DNA from: a virus
Strand: one strand, 5' to 3'
DNA: 64,000 nt
Virus record (IMG/VR): IMGVR_UViG_3300009103_000004
Location: 103,190-167,189 of that record
The position numbers and the translations under genes are program-made. Numbering within the stretch: the stretch's first letter is position 1; the number at the start of each line of letters is the position of its first letter. Positions 24,487-34,475 of the stretch are shown piece after piece. The notes under the pieces are model-generated. The model made no database searches, was not told where the DNA came from, and was given only the letters and a program-made list of their open reading frames with translations.

Positions 24487-24702
24487 TCAACTACCTCTTT
24501 TAGGAGGTCTACCTCGTTTTCCAACCTGCTTTACTTTACTTGAAAGTTTATCAACATCTGCGGAAGTACCATCCACATACAAACCGAAGTCGCTGGCCAT
24601 GTTGGGTAACAACTCTAGGTTTTTTCTAACTACATCAAAATCAGATTCCACTTCTGAAATGACGTCTACTGTTATAGTTAAGCTAAATTTTTTCTTAATC
24701 AT
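24487..24702 (-). CDS. small protein with C-terminal AT-hook
   Basis: Ends GKRGRPPKRGS. Confidence 0.6.
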   Translation of the reverse strand: MIKKKFSLTITVDVISEVESDFDVVRKNLELLPNMASDFGLYVDGTSADVDKLSSKVKQVGKRGRPPKRGS

Positions 24703-25084
24703 GCCTACCCTTAACCATAGCTATAAACTCAAACATTTTCTTTTTACTCTTAATTTTTATTATCTCTTGTTTGTGAATGTACTTGAACATCTTTTCCTTC
24801 ATTTTAAACACGGGAGTTTCAAATCCCTTCGTGTCTACAAGATATTCATGACCGTGCCAATTAACTAAAAAATCGCCAATGTAGTGTATAGCCCTGATTG
24901 CTTTACCACTAGCATCACGAAACTTAGGTTGAAGCTCATATTTAGGACTACGTGTAAAGTGAATAGTACCTATCTCATCCTTGAGAATTTTATAAGCATT
25001 CATCTCCCACTTGGAATCAAACACTATACCATCATGTGTCCTATCCTTCTTGGGCGACACATTGTACTTATTGAAACTACGCAT
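24695..25084 (-). CDS. DUF1064-like PD-(D/E)XK nuclease-fold protein
   Basis: NKY...DGIVFDSKWE...YELQPKF...YIGDF...VDTKG; start reassigned to MRSFNKY because the promoter motif lies at 25126-25136. Confidence 0.75.
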   Translation of the reverse strand: MRSFNKYNVSPKKDRTHDGIVFDSKWEMNAYKILKDEIGTIHFTRSPKYELQPKFRDASGKAIRAIHYIGDFLVNWHGHEYLVDTKGFETPVFKMKEKMFKYIHKQEIIKIKSKKKMFEFIAMVKGRHD

Positions 25085-25146
25085 TAATAGGTAGAAGTAA
25101 AGAACACTTATAGTGAACTCAATAATATATAACACACGAGGACATA

Positions 25147-26475
25147 TTATTTCTCGTCCTCTACATCTTCCATTTTACCATCAAAAAAACCATCAACCTC
25201 ATCAGTTTCGTCATATTCTTCGGGATCTTCTTCAGACTCAAATTCAGAAGAATCGGAATCATCTCCTGAAGCAAAAAAAGAAGTACCCTCGTCCAACGAA
25301 GACTTCAATGCTTTATTAACACCGAAAAAACTACGGGCTATTGCTGCTGCAGTTTTTTCACCCGACTCTTCGGGGAGGTTTTGCACAGCTTCTTTTATTT
25401 CCGGGCTCTCTATCAATCTTGCTGCACGAAACGCTTTGTTATATTCGCAAGCAACTTTACTTAAAAAATCCTTTTCTTGATCACTTAGCATACTAGCTGT
25501 GTGGAACATATACGGACTCATGTTTCTGTACTCAGCAGCAAACAATGGAGCAAACGCAGATTTAAGTAGTGGATCCCTAGCTATAACACCAATAGCTATA
25601 TTTTTTTTAACATCACTAACGTTAGTCTTTGCAGCACCCTTTATCATTTTGAAAGCATGATTTAAACCATAACTTAGATTATCTTTTATCTCGTCGGCCC
25701 TACCCGAGGCAACTGCCGTTATTAAATCATCAAAACCAGCTTTTTTACTAATCTCTGGGTCTGCAGTTGTAGTCCTTATTAAACTCTCTATTTCTTCCGC
25801 ATCGGTGGGTTTCTCATCAGTTCGTATCTTTCTAACAACTTTGTCATCTTCACCCATAACGTGTATGGCTTTAGGGTAGTCTACTGGTCGTTGAACTTTT
25901 ATAGACCTACCACCAACAGGCCTATACTTACCCCCAAGTTGATTTGGCATACTCCTTTTCGGGAAAGCCTCATCTAATGTTTTATAAGATATAACACCAC
26001 TCGCTAAAGCCAAAAGCAAAAGTGCACCATACGTACCGGCCTCTATATTTTCACCAAAGGCCTCTTTGTTGATAGATGCATACTTTTTACGTTCTTTATC
26101 ACGCTTATCCTGGAGTGCTTCCATGTACGCAATTTGAGCATCATCCATTTCCTTCTGCAAAGATTTATCACGTACCATATCGTATAACCAGCGAACACCT
26201 TGGTAACCAGCAATACTACCCCCTACCGCACCTGTAGCATTTAAAAACTTACCAAAGCCCGAATCGTCTCTTGTTGAGGCGGACTTCTCATCTTCCTTTT
26301 TTTTAGATTTAATGTACAGGACATCATCATCTTTGGACGTGTCAACAGTTGCCTCGCTTTTCATTCTGTTGAAATCACGTATGTAGTGATACAAAGCTGA
26401 TAAACCGCCACCAGCTAACGCTCCGCCGCCAACATAGCGGGCGAGAGACTCCCAATCTACTGCTTCTTTATTCAT
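25147..26475 (-). CDS. putative virion protein with Gly-rich hydrophobic segments and multiple KxA motifs
   Basis: MNKEA, EKSA, NKEA, KKAG, EKTA; acidic tail. Confidence 0.6.
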   Translation of the reverse strand: MNKEAVDWESLARYVGGGALAGGGLSALYHYIRDFNRMKSEATVDTSKDDDVLYIKSKKKEDEKSASTRDDSGFGKFLNATGAVGGSIAGYQGVRWLYDMVRDKSLQKEMDDAQIAYMEALQDKRDKERKKYASINKEAFGENIEAGTYGALLLLALASGVISYKTLDEAFPKRSMPNQLGGKYRPVGGRSIKVQRPVDYPKAIHVMGEDDKVVRKIRTDEKPTDAEEIESLIRTTTADPEISKKAGFDDLITAVASGRADEIKDNLSYGLNHAFKMIKGAAKTNVSDVKKNIAIGVIARDPLLKSAFAPLFAAEYRNMSPYMFHTASMLSDQEKDFLSKVACEYNKAFRAARLIESPEIKEAVQNLPEESGEKTAAAIARSFFGVNKALKSSLDEGTSFFASGDDSDSSEFESEEDPEEYDETDEVDGFFDGKMEDVEDEK

Positions 26476-26830
26476 TATCACTAGGGCCTCTGGGCGTACC
26501 AGTTAATTTTTTATAAGTAATAGCGCCACTTACTACAAAAACCTTCCAAGTAGAATTTGTTTCACAAAACCTTTTGTCTTGCTCGAGTATGACACTAGAT
26601 GGCTCTTCCTTAATATTGCTAGCGAGAAGTGTCTCATACTTCTTGCGATCAGGTGCCTTAGATAAATCAAATACATCAACCTTAATGTTAGACAGCTTCC
26701 AAGAATCATCCTTTTCAAACTGCCCCTGAACAGAGGCACTGCCCCATAATTCTTGACCATCCAAACTTACCTCATTCGGGTGCATATTAGATATTGCAGC
26801 ACGCAAATGTCCTTCTAAATCGTTATTCAT
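26468..26830 (-). CDS. hypothetical protein
   Basis: ORF coupled to neighbours. Confidence 0.6.
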   Translation of the reverse strand: MNNDLEGHLRAAISNMHPNEVSLDGQELWGSASVQGQFEKDDSWKLSNIKVDVFDLSKAPDRKKYETLLASNIKEEPSSVILEQDKRFCETNSTWKVFVVSGAITYKKLTGTPRGPSDNE

Positions 26831-27381
26831 GATACGCCATATTTAGTTTCCATAGACCGTTTGAGATCATTGGTCAAATTTCTGTAATATTCAATCTTTC
26901 TTTTCTTAGCATCATTTTCAGCTTTATCTTGCTCAACACTCCTGTCTGCATGCCACTTTAAAGCTCCAGCCCCAGCTCCTGTTAAAGCTGATGCACCACC
27001 TAGTAACCACATAATAGTTTCAGCACTAGCACCTGCAAATCCTGGAAGGGCGCTCAACAAACCACCAGCAGACTTGTTAATTGCTGCCTCTTTAACATGA
27101 TCAAATATGTGGTTACTCATCTGTTCTATGGCTTCATTATGGTCCATATCTACATTAGCCATAGCACCAAGAAGTTTAGCAACCTTTGTGTTTGCATGAC
27201 CGTCATCTACAAAAAGTTTATGTAGAAAAGACATGACCTTACGATGTGCCTTTTTTCTGAAATCCTGCTCGTGTGTGTCAATAGCACCAGAAGCAAAATT
27301 TACATCCGCTGGTGCTATGCCCAATGTCGTAGCACCTATAAATTTTCCTAAATCTCTTCCAGCAGTTTTCTCGATACTCAT
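26827..27381 (-). CDS. putative virion protein (KxA motifs, Gly-zipper segment)
   Basis: MSIEKTA; VKEAAINKSAGG; Gly/Ala-rich hydrophobic stretch. Confidence 0.6.
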   Translation of the reverse strand: MSIEKTAGRDLGKFIGATTLGIAPADVNFASGAIDTHEQDFRKKAHRKVMSFLHKLFVDDGHANTKVAKLLGAMANVDMDHNEAIEQMSNHIFDHVKEAAINKSAGGLLSALPGFAGASAETIMWLLGGASALTGAGAGALKWHADRSVEQDKAENDAKKRKIEYYRNLTNDLKRSMETKYGVS

Positions 27382-27389
27382 ATTATTTA

Positions 27390-27986
27390 TTAAGTTACAG
27401 CAGCACCAACAACATCTCCCAAAGGTAAACTTGCCTCTCTAGAGTTGGATGCCAAATATTTTTTGGCACGAGTTTTATCGTGTCTGGTTACCATACGATC
27501 TAATATTAGCTTATCTATGGCGGAAGTTGCAACAGGAATCGCAGCCCCAGCTAGGCCACCACCTATAGCACTATTTAATGCGATACGATTAGGATCTCCA
27601 TTACCTGTAAGTCGGGAGAGTAAATAACCTGCAAGTCCAGAACCTACAGCACCACCCAACGCCCAAGATGGGGATTTTTTTAAACCTGCCAACAATTGAT
27701 CCTTCCAGGTCCTGTTAGTTAAATCTTTGACAGTTTTACTCAAAATACGATCAGCCTCAACGGGGTTATTACCTTGAACAACAGAATTAGACACAAGTTC
27801 ATTAGCATAATAACCGGGAATGGCAAGTGGAGGGACTGCCATCATTGCTGCTGTAGGTATAGTAGCAACAGCAACATTTGGGTCGTCATTCCTGGATTGT
27901 TGCCTTATTGCCTTTTGTGCTAAGTAACGACCAAGCCAGGAGCTTCCACGTGGGTCTGTAAAGGGTAATACAGCCTGCTTTTTCAT
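27390..27986 (-). CDS. putative virion protein (Gly-zipper)
   Basis: MKKQA start; GGAVGSGLAG and GGGLAG segments. Confidence 0.6.
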   Translation of the reverse strand: MKKQAVLPFTDPRGSSWLGRYLAQKAIRQQSRNDDPNVAVATIPTAAMMAVPPLAIPGYYANELVSNSVVQGNNPVEADRILSKTVKDLTNRTWKDQLLAGLKKSPSWALGGAVGSGLAGYLLSRLTGNGDPNRIALNSAIGGGLAGAAIPVATSAIDKLILDRMVTRHDKTRAKKYLASNSREASLPLGDVVGAAVT

Positions 27987-28792
27987 TACATGTAGTACGG
28001 ACGTCCTAGGTTGTCATATGGGGACTTGGGGGGAGCTCCTCCAGCACCGCGAGCACTAGCAAGGCCGGACACTATCGTTGTTAATAACGTACCAAACTTT
28101 CCTAGCCCCAACAAATATTTAGCTACTAAGTAGCCAACGCCGCCACCCATTGCACCGCCAACTAGTTGGTTTAATCGTCTAGTTTGTTGAGCGTTTAAGT
28201 ATTGTACTTGATTAGCCAACTCTTGTTTCTGCCTAAGTGTTAACTCAGTATCTCTATATATTTTGGCTATAACATCGTTAGAGCTAGATAATCCGTATGC
28301 AATTTTCACATGATTTTCTTTTAGAAGATCCTCTTCTTGTTCTTCGGTAGTTCTTCTATCTAAAGGTGCGTTCTCATCAGCTTCCATAGCATTATCGAAA
28401 TCAAATTTATCTTTAAACAGCCCGCCAACAAAAGGTATCTTACTAGACCAGTCCTTGTTCCTAAGCATAAAGCCTAATCCGCCCAAGCCTAAAGATCCAA
28501 GTCCGCCGCCTATCAGTGCCCCCTTACCAGCATTACCAGAAAATGCCCCTATAAGTCCTCCCAAGCCAGCACCAACAAGACCGCCTGTGGCCATACTGTT
28601 AGCCCAACCAGGTATGGAAACATCGTTGACCTTTATATCTTTAGTGGACCTGTATAGAGGACCCATTAATGTAGGCATAACTTTGTGATGAGTCCAAGCA
28701 CCTAGCCTATTAGCCGGAGAGTCTGCAAGCTCAACGCCAGAGTTCAACCCCTTAGGAAGACGTTGACTAATAGCCAATTTACAAAGAGACAT
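27986..28792 (-). CDS. putative virion protein (Gly-zipper)
   Basis: MSLCKLA start; GGLVGAGLGGLIG segments; internal VKIA. Confidence 0.6.
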   Translation of the reverse strand: MSLCKLAISQRLPKGLNSGVELADSPANRLGAWTHHKVMPTLMGPLYRSTKDIKVNDVSIPGWANSMATGGLVGAGLGGLIGAFSGNAGKGALIGGGLGSLGLGGLGFMLRNKDWSSKIPFVGGLFKDKFDFDNAMEADENAPLDRRTTEEQEEDLLKENHVKIAYGLSSSNDVIAKIYRDTELTLRQKQELANQVQYLNAQQTRRLNQLVGGAMGGGVGYLVAKYLLGLGKFGTLLTTIVSGLASARGAGGAPPKSPYDNLGRPYYM

Positions 28793-28801
28793 TGTAATAC
28801 C

Positions 28802-29200
28802 CTACACCAGAGGACCGTCGCCACTGCCAGTGTACGAATCATCAGACTTTTCACCATTGATTTCCCAACCCTGGTCCAGATCTTTCTCTGTGTCGGAAAC
28901 TTCGTTGTCATCACTGTTGTCGTTTTCAACATCATTTGGGGGTAGAGCGGCTGCGTCTCTATCCTTTTTATTTTGATCCGAAACGCTTTTGGCAATAGCA
29001 GAAATATCAGAAGCAGATTTAGTTGAATTGCCGAAAAGGTCGACGTCGTCATAACTCTTGCTAGCCGGCTCGGATTCCACATCACCGAGAAACAGATCTT
29101 TTTCAGGTGATGAACCACAAGCCGGAATTTCCTTTGTAATCTCGGCTTCTTTGCTTAACAGTTTGTCAGTTATTTTTTTAGCCAATTCTTCTTTATTCAT
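28802..29200 (-). CDS. acidic disordered protein
   Basis: Probable start MNKEELAKK; SKEA and TKSA motifs. Confidence 0.55.
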   Translation of the reverse strand: MNKEELAKKITDKLLSKEAEITKEIPACGSSPEKDLFLGDVESEPASKSYDDVDLFGNSTKSASDISAIAKSVSDQNKKDRDAAALPPNDVENDNSDDNEVSDTEKDLDQGWEINGEKSDDSYTGSGDGPLV

Positions 29201-29240
29201 GCGGAACACTATAAAGAGCATACCGGCATCTAGCAATATA

Positions 29241-29729
29241 TTAATTCTTACCTATGTTATTAGATAGGAACCCCGATACGAATGTACTGAATTTACTCCT
29301 AACCTCAGCTGCAGAAACATCACTTTCGAAACCCCAGATTGTAAACTCCCACAAAAGCTCAGAGAGTAATTCAGGTTTAGAATATTTTTTGACACAAGTG
29401 TCCAGCTTTAGATCAAGATCAATAAGCTCTGACCACGGCAAAACCGCTATGTCCTCCTGTAGGTTCTTAATAGGATCCAAAAGAGAAATATCTACATATT
29501 CCTCATCATTAAATTCGTCTTTCGGTATAAGTGAAATGTTTATCAAAAAATCTTGCGGATTATAAGGAAATGCTAGTAACCGCATCATTGTATTCGTGTA
29601 AATAACATTTACCTCATCCTTGAGTGTACCATCAGGATCAGGGAACCCTTCCGATTCATACTTTACACATATAAGAGAAAGCGCATCTTTCCATATATTG
29701 CTGTCTTGTATTAGATCTCGCAAAGTCAT
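29241..29729 (-). CDS. hypothetical protein
   Basis: ORF track. Confidence 0.65.
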   Translation of the reverse strand: MTLRDLIQDSNIWKDALSLICVKYESEGFPDPDGTLKDEVNVIYTNTMMRLLAFPYNPQDFLINISLIPKDEFNDEEYVDISLLDPIKNLQEDIAVLPWSELIDLDLKLDTCVKKYSKPELLSELLWEFTIWGFESDVSAAEVRSKFSTFVSGFLSNNIGKN

Positions 29730-29776
29730 AGCTACGATTAAAACGTAGCCAACACTATTACTGGTAGCAATTAAAA

Positions 29777-30745
29777 TTAAGTGACCTGCCTGTATTGCAC
29801 TCTGTTAAAAGCAGCAAGATCCTCACCACCAGCGTAGCTTATGGCACTAGACAAATCTTCAGAAATCTCATTGAGTTTTTCGAAATAAGTCATGCCATTT
29901 CCCTCGACATCGACGGTGAACCCCTCGATATGGCTATTCTTACTTTTATTCGACAAGCTGGCCGAGCCAAAGTATCGCTTGGCGTAAGTGGAACAAGGAA
30001 TATTTATTGTCTCAGCTGGACTATCTTTACAGGCTACGAATAATCCACCACACATCACCATCGATGCGCCAGCAACCAAGGCCTTGGCTATATCGCCGTT
30101 ATGCCGTATTCCGCCATCTGCTATTATGGGGACGCCAGCCGCACAAGCGCACTCTGAAATACAAGTAAACATTGGATTCGTAAAGCCAGTCTTGTACTTA
30201 GTGCTACAAGGCGACCCGCCACCTATACCTACCTTGACAGCAGATGCGCCCCACTTTTCTAAATCAGCAACAGCCTTAGGAGTGGCAACGTTGCCGGCTA
30301 TGATGAAGGAGTCTGGAAACTTTTTACGTAAATAATACAAAGTGTCCTTCACGAGTTTTGAGTGACCGTGTGCGACATCTAGTGTTATATAATCCAATTT
30401 GTAGTTACGAATAGCTATGTTCTCAAGACTGGGTATGTCTGATTGCGAAACGCCAACACTTATAGAAACAACAGGCCACGACTCCTCGTTTGCCTTCTTT
30501 ACAAAAACCTCATTATCAACATCGAAACGATGCATTATGTACATGTAGGATTTCTTACTAAGTTTCTTGGCAAGATCAGGATCTATACAACAACGCATGT
30601 TAGCAGGTATGATCGGAAGTTCAAAAAAGTTACCACCGAAATTAACTGCAGGAACAGCTAAGGAACGAGTAGATAATTCCGAGTACCTGGGGATCAAACA
30701 GATGTCATCGTAAGATAATGCCAACTCACCTGATTTTCTTTTCAT
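29777..30745 (-). CDS. guaC: GMP reductase (auxiliary metabolic gene)
   Basis: YDDICLIP, IPANM, YIMHRF, DVAHGHS, AGNVAT, KVGIGGGSPCST, IIADGGIRHNGDIAKAL, YFGSAS; short form without CBS domain. Confidence 0.9.
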   Translation of the reverse strand: MKRKSGELALSYDDICLIPRYSELSTRSLAVPAVNFGGNFFELPIIPANMRCCIDPDLAKKLSKKSYMYIMHRFDVDNEVFVKKANEESWPVVSISVGVSQSDIPSLENIAIRNYKLDYITLDVAHGHSKLVKDTLYYLRKKFPDSFIIAGNVATPKAVADLEKWGASAVKVGIGGGSPCSTKYKTGFTNPMFTCISECACAAGVPIIADGGIRHNGDIAKALVAGASMVMCGGLFVACKDSPAETINIPCSTYAKRYFGSASLSNKSKNSHIEGFTVDVEGNGMTYFEKLNEISEDLSSAISYAGGEDLAAFNRVQYRQVT

Positions 30746-32141
30746 CCTGTCTGTTTAACAGAGCTATGTTGTATGACAACACCAAAGTTACAGCTAGTGG
30801 ATCAAACACAATAACAATGATAAACATAAAGTATGTAACTACTGTATCGAGGTCGGCATCAAAAGCCCTAGCTATGAATTTAAAGCTGCCAATGTCGGTC
30901 TCAGCAATCTTTTCTTTAACCCCCAATATCTCAACATTGTTGCTATCTATTTTGTTATAAAGCTCAGCTATATCTGTCTCAGAAGTGTCAGCCCTACTCT
31001 CCTCCTTATAGCTTTCAACTTTCGCTAAAAACACTTTATACTCAGCTTCTATTTGATTATCTATGTCAACAATAGATCGTTTTATTTCTTCACGTTCCTC
31101 TTTTTGTGATTCAATTAGTTCTGCAAGCTTCTTCTTTTTATTGCTAAACAAACCACCAGGTTCCGACTCTAACTTATCACGCTCGGCATCAAGAGCAGAT
31201 TGCCTGTCAATGAGTATACGTTTAGATGCATTTTTACGCTCAACAAACTGATCATAAATAGTTTTGTAATCTTCTATTGCTTTGTCAGAACGAACATCAA
31301 CAACGGAGTCAGTGTTCTTAATATCTTCAATTTTCTTTAACGATAATTTATTGGCATCCTCTAAATTAAGAACCTGAGTTTCATACATAGAAACTTTAGT
31401 CTTGGTATCCTCAAATGCATCACTTAAAAATCCGAAAATGCCGAGTGACGTTATACCTATCAAGAATATGATTGCAGAAAACAAATATGTCTTGAGCATG
31501 ATTGGAGTTTTCTTCCAATACCTGTACAGGTAACTAGCTGCAACTAACTTAGCCAGTTCTAGACCAGAAGCCATTACTACGACAGCAAACATCGATCCCG
31601 CAAAAAGCAAACCAATACCTCTGACACTAAAAAATGCGGCACACCCAGCTACTATCAGAGAGGACACTCCCAAGAGTTTAACGAAAAAAGAACTATACTG
31701 TTTGGGTTTTTTTAATTTCTCTTTCAACTCTGAAGTTTCTTTTTCTTTTCGTAATTTAGAACGACGAGCTGCTTCGACAAAAGCTGCAGCCAACTTTAAA
31801 TCTATTTCTTTTTCTTTTTCATCCTTTTCCGGAGTTTTAGAAGATTCGGGAATATTAACTTCAGAAGGCTTATCATCGTTAGGAGGATTCTCAATATTTT
31901 CATTTTTCATTTCTTTATCGGGTTTATTAAGTTCTGTATCAGTTTTTGTATTAGGTTCTTTATCAGGTTCTTTGTTAGGTTCTTTATTAGGTTCTTTATC
32001 TTTATTTCCCATACTAATAGTTTCGGTTATATCCTGACCAGCCGGATTACCGCCTTTGGACATGTACTGCGGAACGTAAACGGTAGATGCCGACCGGACA
32101 CTTGGGGCTTTAGGCTTCCCCTCTTCTGGGGGTGTGGGCAT
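30726..32141 (-). CDS. membrane-anchored coiled-coil protein
   Basis: Three N-terminal and one C-terminal hydrophobic segments flanking a long coiled coil; tandem KEPN repeats near the N-terminus. Confidence 0.7.
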   Translation of the reverse strand: MPTPPEEGKPKAPSVRSASTVYVPQYMSKGGNPAGQDITETISMGNKDKEPNKEPNKEPDKEPNTKTDTELNKPDKEMKNENIENPPNDDKPSEVNIPESSKTPEKDEKEKEIDLKLAAAFVEAARRSKLRKEKETSELKEKLKKPKQYSSFFVKLLGVSSLIVAGCAAFFSVRGIGLLFAGSMFAVVVMASGLELAKLVAASYLYRYWKKTPIMLKTYLFSAIIFLIGITSLGIFGFLSDAFEDTKTKVSMYETQVLNLEDANKLSLKKIEDIKNTDSVVDVRSDKAIEDYKTIYDQFVERKNASKRILIDRQSALDAERDKLESEPGGLFSNKKKKLAELIESQKEEREEIKRSIVDIDNQIEAEYKVFLAKVESYKEESRADTSETDIAELYNKIDSNNVEILGVKEKIAETDIGSFKFIARAFDADLDTVVTYFMFIIVIVFDPLAVTLVLSYNIALLNRQDEKKIR

Positions 32142-32144
32142 AGC

Positions 32145-33959
32145 TTACTGCCCTCCTGCCTGTTGGTACATATTCTGTACCCCTTCAGACTTTGCCTGAC
32201 CGCGCATATCTTCTAAGAATTGCTTAGCTAGAGAATACAAAGTTTGATCCGTAGCTTTAACCTGGGCCATCGCCTTCCTGCGCTCACCTTCTGGAAGTCC
32301 AGCCCATTGCTGGGCCATCTCTTGTGCCTGACCTTGGACATCCATAGGTGTAACTGCACTACCGCCACCACCTTGCTGAGCGTTGCCAACAGGGCCACCT
32401 GGAGGTGATCCACCACCGCCTTGCTGCTCAGCTTGTTGCTGTGCCTGTGCATCGAGATGCTTGTCTATAGATCCAGTTTCCATCTCACGCCTGAGGTCCT
32501 CCTCTTGCTTCATCTGAACTTTTTGAATCTCAGCATCCTCTTCCAGGCGTTCTTTCTTCTCGTCCACAGCGTCAGTAATACCCAACCAGGAGTAAGCTTT
32601 CTTCCTGGATATTTCACCAGAGCTAGAAAGCTGCATGATTACATTCTGACGATCCATATTATCAGCAAGACTTGGACGCTCGAGTTGTACATGCATATAC
32701 GGCTCGCCCATGAATTTAGATATCTTTTTGGATACCCACTGAGCAAAATCATTAAAGCCCAAGTGAATAAACATAAAACTATTTTCAAACAATCGAACTG
32801 CGGTGGGTACTTGTTGGACTTGAAGAGAACCCTTAAACAACTCTGCGGGATACCCCATAGCATCCAACATACTGTTAGTCTGGTACTCGATTAAATCCTT
32901 AGGTGCCAGGTTTTTGCCCTCGGCACCGAACTCTTGGTACTTTAGTGGGAACGGAAAAGCATGCATAGCAAACTTATCCTTGCGACGATTCTTAATAATA
33001 TTCTCAACTTGACCGCGCCATTGACTCAAAATTAAATTACGAACAACGCCAGTTTCATTAGTTCCAGGCTCCGGAGTGAATATACGAAATGGAACCATGT
33101 AATCCAACCCTATAGCCTCATCTATTTTTCTGTATACCTGTAGTATATGGAGGGACCTATAATTAGCTATGGTCTCAGGCAAGCCCCAACCTCTGTTACT
33201 TATCCCAGATATAGTAGGGGATTTAAAATGAAAAACTTCATCTTCATAAAACAGAAAATCTTTATCATCAGATACCGCACGCAACATATCCAGGGGCACC
33301 TCATTAACGATGTAAAGCTTGCCGTCTTTACAGTCCTTAACCAACTCCTTGGGAAATCTGTAAACATAAGAATTACTACCCGAAATGACGTTGTGCCGTA
33401 TTGTTACGTTTTTCGGATCTAGTTTTCTAGTTCTTATACGTCCTTTGTCTTTTACAGGAATATCTCTAAACGGTAACTTTATTTTTTTCTTAACATTTTT
33501 AGGATCAGGAACCTCATACTTCATAGCCTTAAGGTCAAAAGAAATATTACCTTCAGAAAACATATTCAACGAGTACTCAGCATCATGTCTCTCATCTACA
33601 AGAACTCTATCAAAAGGAAAATGAATACGATAAAAAGAATTACCGAAGCACGCCCATTCATCTCCCATCTCAGCCATTGCTTGGTGCAACCTTAGAGTAT
33701 ATGTAAAATATTCGTCAGCGTTATCCTTTTCCTCAGCAGATCCGTCTCCAGGAAACTCAAAATCAGTTATAAAGTGGCGTATAACCCGCATGGATGCACG
33801 CCTATATTGTGGGTTTAGGTAGTAGAGAAATAAACAAAAGTCTAAAGCGGATTCCAAGTTCTCAGGGACATACTCACTGGAAGGTAGTAAGAATGGATCA
33901 TCAAATTTTTTAGCGACATCGCTAGAGAAATGAAATTTTAAATCGTCTGAAGAACTCAT
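32145..33959 (-). CDS. putative portal protein
   Basis: 604 aa; FGNSF, EVFHFK and WGLP motifs and helical Q/G-rich tail typical of portals; structural-gene context. Confidence 0.55.
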   Translation of the reverse strand: MSSSDDLKFHFSSDVAKKFDDPFLLPSSEYVPENLESALDFCLFLYYLNPQYRRASMRVIRHFITDFEFPGDGSAEEKDNADEYFTYTLRLHQAMAEMGDEWACFGNSFYRIHFPFDRVLVDERHDAEYSLNMFSEGNISFDLKAMKYEVPDPKNVKKKIKLPFRDIPVKDKGRIRTRKLDPKNVTIRHNVISGSNSYVYRFPKELVKDCKDGKLYIVNEVPLDMLRAVSDDKDFLFYEDEVFHFKSPTISGISNRGWGLPETIANYRSLHILQVYRKIDEAIGLDYMVPFRIFTPEPGTNETGVVRNLILSQWRGQVENIIKNRRKDKFAMHAFPFPLKYQEFGAEGKNLAPKDLIEYQTNSMLDAMGYPAELFKGSLQVQQVPTAVRLFENSFMFIHLGFNDFAQWVSKKISKFMGEPYMHVQLERPSLADNMDRQNVIMQLSSSGEISRKKAYSWLGITDAVDEKKERLEEDAEIQKVQMKQEEDLRREMETGSIDKHLDAQAQQQAEQQGGGGSPPGGPVGNAQQGGGGSAVTPMDVQGQAQEMAQQWAGLPEGERRKAMAQVKATDQTLYSLAKQFLEDMRGQAKSEGVQNMYQQAGGQ

Positions 33960-34312
33960 TTGACTGAAATTATGTTTTGAGCCTTACCCTGCTCTGTTAA
34001 CCAATCTTTTATAGGTTCTTCTATCCATGGCTTGGTTGCACCAATAGAAGCCCCAACAAGTGCACTGCGTAAAGCCTGCCCTATTGGATCTCTCTTGAAC
34101 ACCTTAGTATACTTCTTACGTTTCCTGGGGGCGCCTGTAAGAGTAAAATCAGATTGGTGTATGTCAAACTTGTGCGGTACCAAAGCAGCGGATAAACCAC
34201 CCAGTAGGCCACCAGCTATACCGCCTGAGCCTGCACTTATCAAAGCCTCTAGGGCTTTAGGCGAGAGAGTTATCGCCATTTTCACCATCTGATACTTCTG
34301 AAGATTCTTCAT
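33956..34312 (-). CDS. Gly-zipper protein with variant N-terminal tag
   Basis: MKNLQKYQMVKMA aligns position-for-position with MNNKEKYxLVKxA. Confidence 0.6.
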   Translation of the reverse strand: MKNLQKYQMVKMAITLSPKALEALISAGSGGIAGGLLGGLSAALVPHKFDIHQSDFTLTGAPRKRKKYTKVFKRDPIGQALRSALVGASIGATKPWIEEPIKDWLTEQGKAQNIISVK

Positions 34313-34475
34313 CCTTTAACTTATCACTAACGTTATAAACTAATGATGATATTTTTTCAAAACAATTATCTGCAGACTTAATGACAGGATTCCCATCTTT
34401 AATGTGAGTACATTTTTTGCCGTCAGAATCATCTGCAGGAGTTTTACCAACCTCAATCCTCGAGTTCTTCTTCAT
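34257..34475 (-). CDS. small hypothetical protein
   Basis: ORF track; overlaps neighbours. Confidence 0.4.
   Translation of the reverse strand: MKKNSRIEVGKTPADDSDGKKCTHIKDGNPVIKSADNCFEKISSLVYNVSDKLKDEESSEVSDGENGDNSLA

Noticed and set aside
31950-32000. 12-bp tandem repeats as regulatory iterons
   Set aside because: They are in-frame coding repeats (KEPN/KEPD) in a disordered N-terminus.
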